Positions 27,409 through 37,056 are shown, numbered from the stretch's first letter. The stretch: 64,000 nucleotides of DNA from Candidatus Pacearchaeota archaeon (GCA_038817835.1 JAWAZI010000004.1:2542-66541); one strand, 5' to 3'. Numbers and translations are program-made. Notes: generated from the letters alone by a model not told the origin.

Positions 27409-27888
27409 ATAAATAATATATTTTACATCAGATACTACAGGGATTTCTTCTATTTTAAATAATTTTATATTTAAAATCCATATTAAAAATACAAAAACTG
27501 TAGATCCAAAATACCAAAAAAATTTATGGTAAAAATTTGTATTTATCCCATTAAACTCAAGAAAAATTAAAAGAAAAAGTCTAGAAAAATTAAAGATAAA
27601 AAATAAAAAAAATAAAAAAAATAAAGATAAAATTCTTTTTTTAAATTTCATTGGTGTAGATAGATTTAATATTAAAAGCAAATAATAAGCACTTCCTCCA
27701 ATACATGCAGGAATAATTTCTATTATTTTAGGTCCAATAATATAATTATTAATAAAAGTTAATGAAAAAAATTTAGATAAAGAAAATTTTAATAAAAAAA
27801 TTGTTGGAAAAGTAAAGATATAAAAAATATCAATAAATATACCAAAAATTATTAAAATAATATACCTAAGAAAAAATAAATATTTCAT
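27388..27888 (-). CDS. Exosortase/archaeosortase-family-like membrane protein
   Basis: It is polytopic. A Cys lies in IIPACIGGSAYY, an Arg 41 residues later in NFSRLFLL, and a His in NFYHKFFWYFG, in that order. The internal Met at 27888 is chosen because the longer ORF (to 28008) runs antisense across the srp54 start. Confidence 0.45.
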   Translation of the reverse strand: MKYLFFLRYIILIIFGIFIDIFYIFTFPTIFLLKFSLSKFFSLTFINNYIIGPKIIEIIPACIGGSAYYLLLILNLSTPMKFKKRILSLFFLFFLFFIFNFSRLFLLIFLEFNGINTNFYHKFFWYFGSTVFVFLIWILNIKLFKIEEIPVVSDVKYIIYLTKKRS

Positions 27889-27955
27889 AAAATTTAAAAG
27901 AAATAATCTTAAAAAATTTTGCAAAATATTATAAAGGGATAAAATAAAGATATTT

Positions 27956-29260
27956 ATGGGTCTGGGTGATGGGATTAAGAAAATATTTACAAAAATAAAG
28001 AATGCCATATTCCTTGATAAGAAAGAATTAGATGAAATTATAAAAGATTTTCAAAAGGTTTTAATTGAAAGTGATGTTGATGTTGAATTAGTTAGTGAAA
28101 TAAGTAAAAACATTAAAAAAAAGTTTCTTGAAACTGAGTTAAAAAATATAGAAAAAAAAGAAATGTTAATAAAGTTAATATATGATGAAATTGTTAATAT
28201 TTTAGGTGAAAAAAAACATGAACTAGAAATAAAGAAAAATGATAAAGTATTATTAATTGGCTTATATGGAAGTGGAAAAACAACAACATCAGTAAAATTA
28301 GCTTATTATTACTCAAAAAAAGGATTAAAAACATGTGTAATAAGTTTAGATGTTCATAGACCTGCTGCACAAGAACAGCTTGAACAATTTGCAGCTAAAG
28401 CAGGAATAAAGGCTTTTATTAACAAAGAAGAAAAAGATCCATTAAAAATATGGAAAAATTTCGAAGATCAATTAAAAAAATTTGATGTTATTTTTATAGA
28501 TTCTGCAGGTAGAGATGCTTTAAATGAAGAATTAATAAAAGAGATAAAAGATATTTGCGAATTAATAAAACCAGAACATATTTTATTAATTATTCCAGCT
28601 GATATAGGACAAGCAGCAAGAAAACAAGCAGAATTTTTCAATAAAGCTATAAAAATAGATGGAGCAATATTAACAAGAATGGATGGAACAGCAAAGGCTG
28701 GTGGAGCACTAGCTAGTTGCAAAGTTGCAAATTGTAAAGTTTATTTTATAGGGGTTGGTGAAAAATTTAATGATATAGAACTTTTTGATCCAAAAAGATA
28801 TGTCTCAAGAATTTTAGGTTTGGGCGATTTAGATAGTTTAATTGAAAAAATAAAACTATCACTAGGAGAAGAAAAAATAGAAATAAAAAAAGAGGATAAA
28901 TTTACTTTAGTAGATTTTTATAATCAAATATTGGCAATACAAAAAATTGGTCCTTTTAAGAAGATAATAGAACTAATACCAGGAATGGGTAATATAAATA
29001 TACCTTCTTCACTATTAGACATTCAGGAGAAAAAAATAAAGCATTGGAAATATGCAATAGATAGCATGACTAAAGAGGAAAGAGAAAATCCTGAAATATT
29101 AGATAGTTCAAGAATAGCAAGAATAAGTAAAGGTAGTCATGTTCCTATAAATGAAATTAAAGAAATGCTAAAAAATTATAAAATTATAAAAGAGTTTATA
29201 GGAAAAGAAATTGACGAGAAAAAAATTACAAAATTAGCTAAGAGATTTAGAATAATATGA
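27956..29260 (+). CDS. srp54: Signal recognition particle protein SRP54
   Basis: GTPase motifs are GLYGSGKTTT, DSAGR and TRMDGTAKAGGALS. The Met-poor M domain (LGLGDLDSLIEKI...) is present. Confidence 0.9.
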   Translation: MGLGDGIKKIFTKIKNAIFLDKKELDEIIKDFQKVLIESDVDVELVSEISKNIKKKFLETELKNIEKKEMLIKLIYDEIVNILGEKKHELEIKKNDKVLLIGLYGSGKTTTSVKLAYYYSKKGLKTCVISLDVHRPAAQEQLEQFAAKAGIKAFINKEEKDPLKIWKNFEDQLKKFDVIFIDSAGRDALNEELIKEIKDICELIKPEHILLIIPADIGQAARKQAEFFNKAIKIDGAILTRMDGTAKAGGALASCKVANCKVYFIGVGEKFNDIELFDPKRYVSRILGLGDLDSLIEKIKLSLGEEKIEIKKEDKFTLVDFYNQILAIQKIGPFKKIIELIPGMGNINIPSSLLDIQEKKIKHWKYAIDSMTKEERENPEILDSSRIARISKGSHVPINEIKEMLKNYKIIKEFIGKEIDEKKITKLAKRFRII

Positions 29261-29706
29261 AAGATATTCCATTAGATGAAATAATTTTAAGGAAGTATGA
29301 GATACCAGAAAGCAAAGATATAAGAGAATTAATAAAAAAATTTTGTTTAAGTATTGGTTTATTACAGGAAGGAGATAGTAGAGATATAATAATTGATATA
29401 ATACTAGTTTTAATAAATAAGAAAAAAGAAAAAAGAAATTTAAATATTAAAGAAATAAAAAATGAAGTAGAAAAAATAAGAAAAAATTATGGATTAGAAA
29501 TAAAAGGATTGTCAGAATCAAATATAAGAAGGCAGCTTAGAAGATTAAAAGATTTAATGATTATAGAAAAAATAAAAAATAGTTATAGGCTATATGAATT
29601 TGAAAATATAGAGAATATATTAGAAAGGATACTAGAAATAAAATTAAATAGTATAATAAAAAGAATTAAAGAATATGCTAAAGCAATAGATGAAAACTCA
29701 AAATGA
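29257..29706 (+). CDS. Hypothetical protein, possible wHTH
   Basis: ORF with ATGA coupling on both sides. SESNIRRQLRRLKDLMIIEKIKNSYRL looks like a recognition helix plus wing. Confidence 0.35.
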   Translation: MKDIPLDEIILRKYEIPESKDIRELIKKFCLSIGLLQEGDSRDIIIDIILVLINKKKEKRNLNIKEIKNEVEKIRKNYGLEIKGLSESNIRRQLRRLKDLMIIEKIKNSYRLYEFENIENILERILEIKLNSIIKRIKEYAKAIDENSK

Positions 29707-31031
29707 AAAATATATTAATAGAAACTTACGGCTGTACAGCAAATCAGAATGATAGTGAAATAATTGGTGGAATATTAGAAAAAGATTTTAATGTAATTTT
29801 TGGAAAAGCAAATAAAAAATTAGATTTAGATCTTGTTATTCTAAATACATGTGTTGTTAAAGGACCAACTTTGAAGAGAATGGAAAGAAGAATAAATGAT
29901 TTATTAAAAGAATATAAGAAAATTATTATTTGTGGTTGCATGGCATCAAGCTATACAAACTTAATTTTAAAAATAAAAGAAAATATAGAAAAAAAATTTG
30001 GAAATAGAAATATAGCAATAATTTCTCCTGATAAAATTTATGAAATAAAAAATATTGTTAAAAAAATTCTTGAAAATGATAGAGATTATATCATTATAAA
30101 TGATAAAAAATTTAAGGAAAAATTATTTTTACCAAAAAAAAGAATTAATAGAATTATTGGAATAACTCAAATAGCATCAGGATGTGTTAGTAATTGCAGT
30201 TTCTGTATTACAAAAATTGCAAAAGGATATTTGAAAAGTTATGATATTGAAAAAATTGTAAAAAATATAAAAAAAGATATAAGAGAAGGTTGCAAAGAAA
30301 TATTACTTACTGCTACTGATATTGGTTGCTATGGATTGGATAAAGGAAAATATATGCTTGTTGATTTATTAAAAAAAATTATAAACATTGATGGAAGATT
30401 TTTAATTAGAGTTGGTATGATGAATCCAGAACATTTAAAAAATTTTATAGATCCTCTTCTCGATGTTTATGAAAATAAAAAAATTTTTAAATTTCTTCAT
30501 GTGCCATTGCAATCAGGAAGTGATAAAGTATTAGAAGAAATGAAAAGGAATTATTCTGTGAAAGATTTTTTAGAAATAGTAAAAGCATATAGAAAAAAAT
30601 TTCCAAATGCAACTCTTGCTACAGATATTATTGTTGGTTTTTATAATGAAAATGAAAATGATTTTAAAGAAACAATAAAAATAATAAAAAAAACAAAACC
30701 AGAAATAGTTAACATAAGTAGATTTTGGCCAATGCCAAAAACATTGGCTTATAAAAAATCTAAAGAAAAAATTGATGAGATAATAAAAATTGGAAAAGAA
30801 AGATCAAAAAAGCTTAGTGAGATAACAAAGAAAATTTCTTATGAGAAAAATAAAAGATTAATTGGAAAAGAATTAATTTGTTTAGTTGATAAAAAAGGTT
30901 ATGGTAAAAGTTTTTTGGCTAGAGATATAAACTATAAATTAATTGCAATAAATGAAAAATTAGATATTGGAAAATTTTATAAAGTCAAAATAACTGGTGC
31001 AAAGTCGAATTTCCTTATTGGGAAAATTTAA
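29703..31031 (+). CDS. Radical SAM methylthiotransferase, MiaB/MtaB/CDKAL1 family
   Basis: The N-terminal domain has ETYGCTANQNDSE, LNTCVV and CGCM cysteines. The radical SAM motif is ASGCVSNCSFCIT. The C-terminal end is TRAM-like (KVKITGAKSNFLIGKI). Confidence 0.8.
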   Translation: MKNILIETYGCTANQNDSEIIGGILEKDFNVIFGKANKKLDLDLVILNTCVVKGPTLKRMERRINDLLKEYKKIIICGCMASSYTNLILKIKENIEKKFGNRNIAIISPDKIYEIKNIVKKILENDRDYIIINDKKFKEKLFLPKKRINRIIGITQIASGCVSNCSFCITKIAKGYLKSYDIEKIVKNIKKDIREGCKEILLTATDIGCYGLDKGKYMLVDLLKKIINIDGRFLIRVGMMNPEHLKNFIDPLLDVYENKKIFKFLHVPLQSGSDKVLEEMKRNYSVKDFLEIVKAYRKKFPNATLATDIIVGFYNENENDFKETIKIIKKTKPEIVNISRFWPMPKTLAYKKSKEKIDEIIKIGKERSKKLSEITKKISYEKNKRLIGKELICLVDKKGYGKSFLARDINYKLIAINEKLDIGKFYKVKITGAKSNFLIGKI

Positions 31032-31836
31032 GTTGCTTCAATGGAGTTGCAGATTCCCATACAGTTTCTACCAATTTCTTCATTGTAGATGAAAAAAACT
31101 CTGAATTTATCCATACTCCTGTATCAAAGTTTGGATGTATTTCTTTATCATTCATTAACATAAACATTAAACTTTTTCCGTCTATTAAAACAATTCTTGA
31201 GTCAAATGGTATGCTCCTAATTTCTGCAATTTTTGATAATTCTTTTGCAACTTTATAATTTTCTGAAGTAATCTTTGCTGCAATTTTTATTTTTACTCCC
31301 TTTTTATTTAATTTCTCTAAAACAGGCTTTAGTACTTCATATTTTCTCTTCAAACCTTCCTCTGTTAAAAACAAATAAATCTCTTTTTGTGCTTTTAATA
31401 AAATAGAGCTTAGATGTGAGTGAATATTATGTCTTCCTCTAACTGCTCCACTTATATCATATACTTCAACGTATTTTATTCCTTTTGAATATATGTTTTC
31501 AAGTTCTTTCATTAATTCTGAATTTTTTATTTCATCCAATATTTTACCACGCTCTTTTGCTTCCTCTATAAAATTTTGTTTTGCTCTCTCTATTACTTCT
31601 TCTGGTTTTATTGCAATAAATTTTATAGGTTTTCCTAGTTTCATCAAAACGAATCCTTTTTTTTCTAGACTTTCCAATATATCATATGTCCTACTTCTAG
31701 GAACACCTGCTATACTACTTAACTCTCCTGCTGTAGAAATTCCTCTTGATAAAAGTGCTGTCCATATCTTTACTTCATATAAATTCAAACCAAAAATTTT
31801 TCTTAGCCTGCTAAGTAAATCTTCTCTTAGTACCAT
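31015..31836 (-). CDS. TrmB-family transcriptional regulator
   Basis: LYEVKIWTALLSRGISTAGELSSIAGVPRSRTYDILESLEKKGFV is followed by a C-terminal effector-like domain. Confidence 0.8.
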   Translation of the reverse strand: MVLREDLLSRLRKIFGLNLYEVKIWTALLSRGISTAGELSSIAGVPRSRTYDILESLEKKGFVLMKLGKPIKFIAIKPEEVIERAKQNFIEEAKERGKILDEIKNSELMKELENIYSKGIKYVEVYDISGAVRGRHNIHSHLSSILLKAQKEIYLFLTEEGLKRKYEVLKPVLEKLNKKGVKIKIAAKITSENYKVAKELSKIAEIRSIPFDSRIVLIDGKSLMFMLMNDKEIHPNFDTGVWINSEFFSSTMKKLVETVWESATPLKQLKFSQ

Positions 31837-31932
31837 TTTATCTATTCAATAGTTATAATTAATTTAAAATTTTTTAAAGTTTAAAAAGTTTTTTATAATC
31901 TATTTTTCTTAATTAGTAATAAATAGTAAAAA

Positions 31933-32646
31933 ATGGAAATAATAGAAGAAATTATAAAAAAAGATGATGCAAATTGGCAATATATAATTTATGAACTTGT
32001 AAAAACAAAACAAATAGATCCTTGGAATATTGATATAATAAATTTAACAACAAAATTTCTAGAAAAAATTGAAGAAATGGATAGAAAAGGACTCTATATT
32101 TCATCAAAATTAATCCTTATAGCTGCTATATTAATAAGACTAAAAACAGAGATTCTTATTCAAAGTTTAATAAAAAAAGAAGAAACTAAAAAAATAGAAA
32201 AAGAAAGAATTATATTAAATGAGGAAATTCCAGATTTAATTCCTAAGATTCCTTTTGATAGAGAAAGAAGGATAACTTTAGAAGAACTTATTAAAGCAAT
32301 AAATGAGGCTATAAAAACTGAAGAAAGAAGAATAAGAAAACAAATTTATCTAAAAAGACATGTTATGGAAATTGATTATTTATTAACAAAAAAAAGGATT
32401 GATTGGAGAATAAAGATAAAAGAGATTTATAAAAAAATTTTAAAACTATTAAATGAAAGAAAAATAAGAAAAATATTATTCGATGAATTAATAGAAAATA
32501 AAGAGGAAAAAATAAATACTTTCATAGCTTTATTATATCTTGACTTTCAGAAAAAAATAAATTTAGAACAAAAAAATTTTTTAGGTGAAATTGAAATAAA
32601 TTTAAATGCGGGGGTGCCGGAGCTTGGTCGAACGGGCAGGACTTAA
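31933..32646 (+). CDS. scpA: Segregation and condensation protein A (kleisin ScpA)
   Basis: IDPWNIDIINLTTKFLEKI...TFIALLYLDFQKKINLEQKNFLGEIEI. The ORF has no stop before it enters tRNA-Leu, and its last 13 codons lie inside the tRNA gene. Confidence 0.7.
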   Translation: MEIIEEIIKKDDANWQYIIYELVKTKQIDPWNIDIINLTTKFLEKIEEMDRKGLYISSKLILIAAILIRLKTEILIQSLIKKEETKKIEKERIILNEEIPDLIPKIPFDRERRITLEELIKAINEAIKTEERRIRKQIYLKRHVMEIDYLLTKKRIDWRIKIKEIYKKILKLLNERKIRKILFDELIENKEEKINTFIALLYLDFQKKINLEQKNFLGEIEINLNAGVPELGRTGRT

Positions 32647-32693
32647 GATCCTGTGCCTTAGTGGCTTCGTGGGTTCGAATCCCACCCCCCGCA
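32608..32693 (+). tRNA. tRNA-Leu (anticodon TAA), no encoded CCA, no intron
   Basis: GCGGGGGTGCCGGAGCTTGGTCGAACGGGCAGGACTTAAGATCCTGTGCCTTAGTGGCTTCGTGGGTTCGAATCCCACCCCCCGCA. It has anticodon loop CTTAAGA and a long variable arm. Confidence 0.9.
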
Positions 32694-32847
32694 TTTTTAA
32701 ATAATCTCTTATCAAACTAAAAAAATTTTACAATATGAAAAAATATTTTATTAGAATTTAGTGCAATGATGTGAAATAAAAAATCAAAGTTGGAGAAGGC
32801 CTTTGTACACAGCGATATCTTTATAAATTCATAGCTTTTCTTGTTGC

Positions 32848-33453
32848 ATGCTAATAAAAAAGGGTGATTTTATTGAACTTGAATTTACTGGAAAATGTGA
32901 AGGAGAAATTTTCGATACAACGAATAATGAAATTGCAAAAAAAATATTTAACAAAGAAGTAAAACCAATAAAAATAATTGTCGGCGAAAAAATGGTTGTA
33001 GATGGATTAGATAAAGCAATAGAAGGAAAAGAAATAAATAAAATATATAAAATAAAATTAAAACCAAAAGAAGCATTTGGAGATAGAAGAAAAGAATTAA
33101 TAAAAACAGTCCCACTAAATGCTTTTAAAGATAAAAATTTAGTAAAAGAAGGAAATCTGTTATTAATTGATGGAATACTAGTAAAAATATTGAAAGTAGC
33201 TAGTGGAAGAGTATTAATAGATATGAATCATCCTCTTGCAGGAAAAGAAATTGAATACGAATTTAAAATTTTAAGAAAAATAGAAAGTGATGATGAAAAA
33301 ATAAAAACTATAGCCGAGTTTTTTGGAATAAAAGATTATGAAATAGAAAAAAATAATGAAAAAATTGAAATAAAATTAAAAAAAATGAATAAAAATTTTG
33401 AAGAATTATTAAAAAAATATATTAAAAATATTGAGATAACTAAGATAGAGTAA
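32848..33453 (+). CDS. FKBP-type peptidyl-prolyl cis-trans isomerase (SlyD-like with insert-in-flap)
   Basis: IKKGDFIELEFTGKCEGEIFDTT...VVDGLDKAIEGKE...EAFGDRRKELI...MNHPLAGKEIEYEFKI. Confidence 0.8.
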   Translation: MLIKKGDFIELEFTGKCEGEIFDTTNNEIAKKIFNKEVKPIKIIVGEKMVVDGLDKAIEGKEINKIYKIKLKPKEAFGDRRKELIKTVPLNAFKDKNLVKEGNLLLIDGILVKILKVASGRVLIDMNHPLAGKEIEYEFKILRKIESDDEKIKTIAEFFGIKDYEIEKNNEKIEIKLKKMNKNFEELLKKYIKNIEITKIE

Positions 33454-33497
33454 AATTTAATAAAAAAATTTAAATAAAATTAAAAATTGGATAAAAT

Positions 33498-34562
33498 ATG
33501 GAAATTGTTGAAGGATCAGAAGTTATAAAAGAAATTGATAAACAGCTTGAAGAAATTTTAGCACAAAGAAAAGCTAGAATAAAAATTTTTGGAGTTGGTG
33601 GAGCAGGAAATAATACTATAGACAGAATGAAAGAAGTTGGTATAGAAGGAGCAGAACTTATAGCAGTAAATACAGATGCGCAACATTTATTATATACAAA
33701 AAGTGATTATAAAATTTTAATTGGAAAAGAATTAACAAAAGGATTAGGAGCAGGAAGTGATCCAAAAATTGGAGAAGAAGCTGCTAAAGAAAGTCAAAGT
33801 GAATTAAAAAAGAAAATTGAGGATAGTGATTTAATATTTATTACTGCTGGTTTAGGTGGAGGGACTGGTACTGGGGCTTCTCCAATAATTGCTGAAATTG
33901 CAAAAAAAATGAATATATTAACAATTGGTGTAGTTACTTTACCATTCACAATAGAAGGAAGTAGAAGATTTGAAAATGCTATGATCGGATTAGAAAAATT
34001 AGAAGAAAATGTAAACACATTAATAATAATCCCAAACGATAAACTTTTAGAACTAGTTCCTGATTTACCTTTACAAACTGCTTTTAAAATATCTGATGAA
34101 ATTTTAACAAATGCTGTAAAAGGAATTATAGAACTTATAACAAAGCCAGGATTAGTAAATTTAGATTTTGCTGATTTAAAAGCTATTATGGGTAAAGGAG
34201 GCATAAGCATGATTGGTGTAGGAGAGAGTGATAGTCAAAATAGGGCATATGAAGCTATAGAAAAAGCATTAAATAATCCTCTTCTTGATGTAGAAGTTAA
34301 AGATATAAAAGGAGCATTGATAAATATTACTGGAGGAACAGATTTAAGATTAGAAGAAGCAAAAACAATAATAAAAGCTGTAAGTGAAAAACTCGGAGAT
34401 GATTCAAATTTAATTTGGGGAGCACAAATTAGTGAGGATATGAAAGGAATAATTAAAGTATTATTAATAGCAACAGGTGTAAAAGTTCCATGGATAAACA
34501 AAAAATCTAAATTAGAGGAAAAAATAATTGAAGAATTTGGAATAAAATTTATTAGAGAATAA
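33498..34562 (+). CDS. ftsZ: Cell division GTPase FtsZ
   Basis: GVGGAGNNTI, the tubulin signature GLGGGTGTGASP, NTDAQ and the T7 loop region are present. Confidence 0.95.
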   Translation: MEIVEGSEVIKEIDKQLEEILAQRKARIKIFGVGGAGNNTIDRMKEVGIEGAELIAVNTDAQHLLYTKSDYKILIGKELTKGLGAGSDPKIGEEAAKESQSELKKKIEDSDLIFITAGLGGGTGTGASPIIAEIAKKMNILTIGVVTLPFTIEGSRRFENAMIGLEKLEENVNTLIIIPNDKLLELVPDLPLQTAFKISDEILTNAVKGIIELITKPGLVNLDFADLKAIMGKGGISMIGVGESDSQNRAYEAIEKALNNPLLDVEVKDIKGALINITGGTDLRLEEAKTIIKAVSEKLGDDSNLIWGAQISEDMKGIIKVLLIATGVKVPWINKKSKLEEKIIEEFGIKFIRE

Positions 34563-34563
34563 A

Positions 34564-34743
34564 ATGTTAAACAAAATAAAAGATTTTTTTATTCAATGTA
34601 AAAGGGTATGGATAGTAACAAGAAAACCTGAAAAACATGAAATAAACTTAATAAGTAAAGTTTCTGCAATAGGAATAATAATAATTGGTATCTTGGGCTT
34701 TATTATATCATTAATAATTGAACTTATATTAAAATTAAAATGA
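34564..34743 (+). CDS. secE: Preprotein translocase subunit SecE (Sec61 gamma)
   Basis: Not in the ORF track (59 aa). My translation is MLNKIKDFFIQCKRVWIVTRKPEKHEINLISKVSAIGIIIIGILGFIISLIIELILKLK. It has a single C-terminal TM helix, lies immediately upstream of spt5/nusG, and its stop overlaps the next start. Confidence 0.7.
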   Translation: MLNKIKDFFIQCKRVWIVTRKPEKHEINLISKVSAIGIIIIGILGFIISLIIELILKLK

Positions 34744-35201
34744 TATTCGTAGTAAGAGTAACATCAAATAAAGAAGAACAAGCAATCGAGCTTATAGAAC
34801 TAAAAGCAAAAAAAATGGAAATAAATATAAGTAGTATAGTTGCTCCTTTTGGTATAAAAGGTTATATATTATTAGAAACAAATTCAAAAGAAAATGCTGA
34901 ACTTGCAACTTATAAAGTTCCTTATGTTAAGGGTATTTTAAATAAAACAGTTAGCTTAGAAGAAATAGAAAATCTATTCAAACCACCAAGTGAGGTTGTA
35001 GAAATTGAAGAAGGAGACATAGTTGAGATTATAGGAAATGTTTTCAAAAATGAGAAAGGTATAGTTAAAAGAATAAATAAACAAAAAAATGAAGCTGTTG
35101 TAGAATTACTTCATGCAGCTGTTCCTATGCCTGTATTTGTAAAATTGGAAAATTTAAGAGTAATTAAAAAGGAAAAGGAAAGTGAAAAAAAAGAAGAATA
35201 A
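34740..35201 (+). CDS. spt5: Transcription elongation factor Spt5 (NusG)
   Basis: NGN domain is IFVVRVTSNKEEQAIELIE...GYILLE. KOW motif is GDIVEIIGNVFKNEKGIVKRI. Confidence 0.85.
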   Translation: MIFVVRVTSNKEEQAIELIELKAKKMEINISSIVAPFGIKGYILLETNSKENAELATYKVPYVKGILNKTVSLEEIENLFKPPSEVVEIEEGDIVEIIGNVFKNEKGIVKRINKQKNEAVVELLHAAVPMPVFVKLENLRVIKKEKESEKKEE

Positions 35202-35202
35202 A

Positions 35203-37005
35203 TTAAAATATAATTTCAAAATCTTTAAATCTTTTTTCTAGTGCTTTTATTATTCTTTCTGTTAAGATTGTTTTTGAAGTTTTTTGCATTGAAGCTTTTA
35301 ATTCAATCTCGTTAGAAGGAACAAAATCATTTTTTTCGTAATTAAATTTTTCAATTTTATTTTCTAATATATTTGGAATTAAGAATATATTATCTCCAAA
35401 TATTAATTCTCCTTCTAAAATTTTATCATTTTCTTTATATTTTATCTTTATTTTATTTTTTATTTTTTGTATTAATTCCTTTCTTTCTTCAAATTCCTTA
35501 ATTTCTTTTATTAATTCAGTTACATCTCTTCTAAGTAACTCAAATTCTCTTGATGAAATTTTCTCTTTTTTTAAACTTAAAAATTTCTTTAAGCTATCTA
35601 AATAATATTTACTTATATAACCTCTATCTATGAAATCTTTCTTGATTAATTTAATATATTCTTTCATAGATTTTTTACCATATATCGAATTTAGCAATTT
35701 TTCTAAATTAATTAAAATTTCTTTTCTATTTCTTTCTATAGACCTTATTTGCAAAGTTTCTGCAAGTTTTTTTAATCTTTCTATATAAGAAGAAATTTGA
35801 TCTAATAAAAAATCAATTTCTTTTCCTTCTATTTCTTTTATTTCTTCATGCTCATATTTTTTATATATTTCTACAATTCTTTTCAAAATATTAATATAAT
35901 TTTCCTCTAATAATTTCTCTTTTTTTACAAATGTTTCTTCCATAAATTTAACTGTTTCTATAGGGGTTGGAGGAGGTATTCCATAAAGCATTAATACTCC
36001 TTGGCTTGGAGTTATAATACCCCAATATATATCTTCTGTAACTAAATTTATCAATTTTCTTTTAACATTTTCTACAACTTTTTCACCTATAGACATAAAC
36101 ATCTCTATAGATTCAGGACTTGGTTTTATTTTTCCCATCTTCAAAAGCAATTTCCAAGGCAAAAATGCTCCTCTATCATATAATGGTACACCATCCCTAA
36201 TAAAAGTAAAAATTACAGGATTTGCTTCTCTAACACCTTCCCAAAATTCTGTTAATAAATAAACTTGTGGGCTAATTTTATTTTGAGTATTTGCTCTCTC
36301 ATTTGCTTCTATAGCATAACTATAAATTATCCCTCTCAACCTTTCTCTTAATTCAAATCTGCTCATTTTTTTAACATCAGTATCATCAATAACAACAAAA
36401 ACATCAACATCACTAGTTTTAGTTGCTTGTCCCCTTACTATAGAACCAGCAAGAACATAACTAACAACATATCTCTTAAATTCTGTTAATATCATCATCT
36501 TAAGTATTGTAGCAACTCTTAATGCTCCTAAAATTCCTGTATCAAATATTGGAATAGACATTGATATTGCTTCAACATAATCAAATCTTGAGTCAAAACA
36601 AAGTTGCCATATATCTTCTGGTGTAAAAAAATGAAGCCAAATTTTTGGTTTCTTATCTTTTACAAAATTTATAGAATCTATTGTAATATTTGGCATTTCT
36701 TTAATTTTTTCAAATGGAATTATCATAATTGCATGAAATATATTTTTTTCTTTTTGTTTCTCTTTTTCAAAAATTGCATATTCTTTTTCGTCCATATTTG
36801 ATTCTATAATATCATTTGCCAATGGTGGAACCAAACCTATAGCAGAAATAAAATTGTATTTTTTCATTATTTCATCTCTAAAAGATTCTAATATAGGTTT
36901 AACTTTCTCTATCTCTGCTTTTAATTTTTCTCCAAATTCCTTCAATTTTAATAATTCTCCATATCTTTCTTCATATTTTTCTTCTTCATTAGATTTTTCT
37001 TCCAT
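35203..37005 (-). CDS. Large (600 aa) polymerase-beta-type nucleotidyltransferase-domain protein, function unknown
   Basis: LAGSIVRGQATKTSDVDVFVVIDD is a GS...DxD minimal NTase motif. It is preceded by a second, degenerate-looking copy and followed by a long helical K/E-rich C-terminal region. Confidence 0.5.
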   Translation of the reverse strand: MEEKSNEEEKYEERYGELLKLKEFGEKLKAEIEKVKPILESFRDEIMKKYNFISAIGLVPPLANDIIESNMDEKEYAIFEKEKQKEKNIFHAIMIIPFEKIKEMPNITIDSINFVKDKKPKIWLHFFTPEDIWQLCFDSRFDYVEAISMSIPIFDTGILGALRVATILKMMILTEFKRYVVSYVLAGSIVRGQATKTSDVDVFVVIDDTDVKKMSRFELRERLRGIIYSYAIEANERANTQNKISPQVYLLTEFWEGVREANPVIFTFIRDGVPLYDRGAFLPWKLLLKMGKIKPSPESIEMFMSIGEKVVENVKRKLINLVTEDIYWGIITPSQGVLMLYGIPPPTPIETVKFMEETFVKKEKLLEENYINILKRIVEIYKKYEHEEIKEIEGKEIDFLLDQISSYIERLKKLAETLQIRSIERNRKEILINLEKLLNSIYGKKSMKEYIKLIKKDFIDRGYISKYYLDSLKKFLSLKKEKISSREFELLRRDVTELIKEIKEFEERKELIQKIKNKIKIKYKENDKILEGELIFGDNIFLIPNILENKIEKFNYEKNDFVPSNEIELKASMQKTSKTILTERIIKALEKRFKDFEIIF

Positions 37006-37056
37006 TTTAAAAAAAAGTAAATTAATTTAAAAAACTTTTTTAAGCTTTATAAACAA

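Noticed and set aside
32694-32847. The 154-nt non-coding gap after tRNA-Leu contains aatgatgtgaaa (C-box-like) and a slightly GC-richer patch (gttggagaaggcctttgtacacagcg), considered as a C/D-box sRNA
   Set aside because: There is no CUGA D box and no terminal stem. It is more simply the promoter and leader of the FKBP gene: a TTTATAAA string sits about 21-28 nt upstream of the ATG at 32848.
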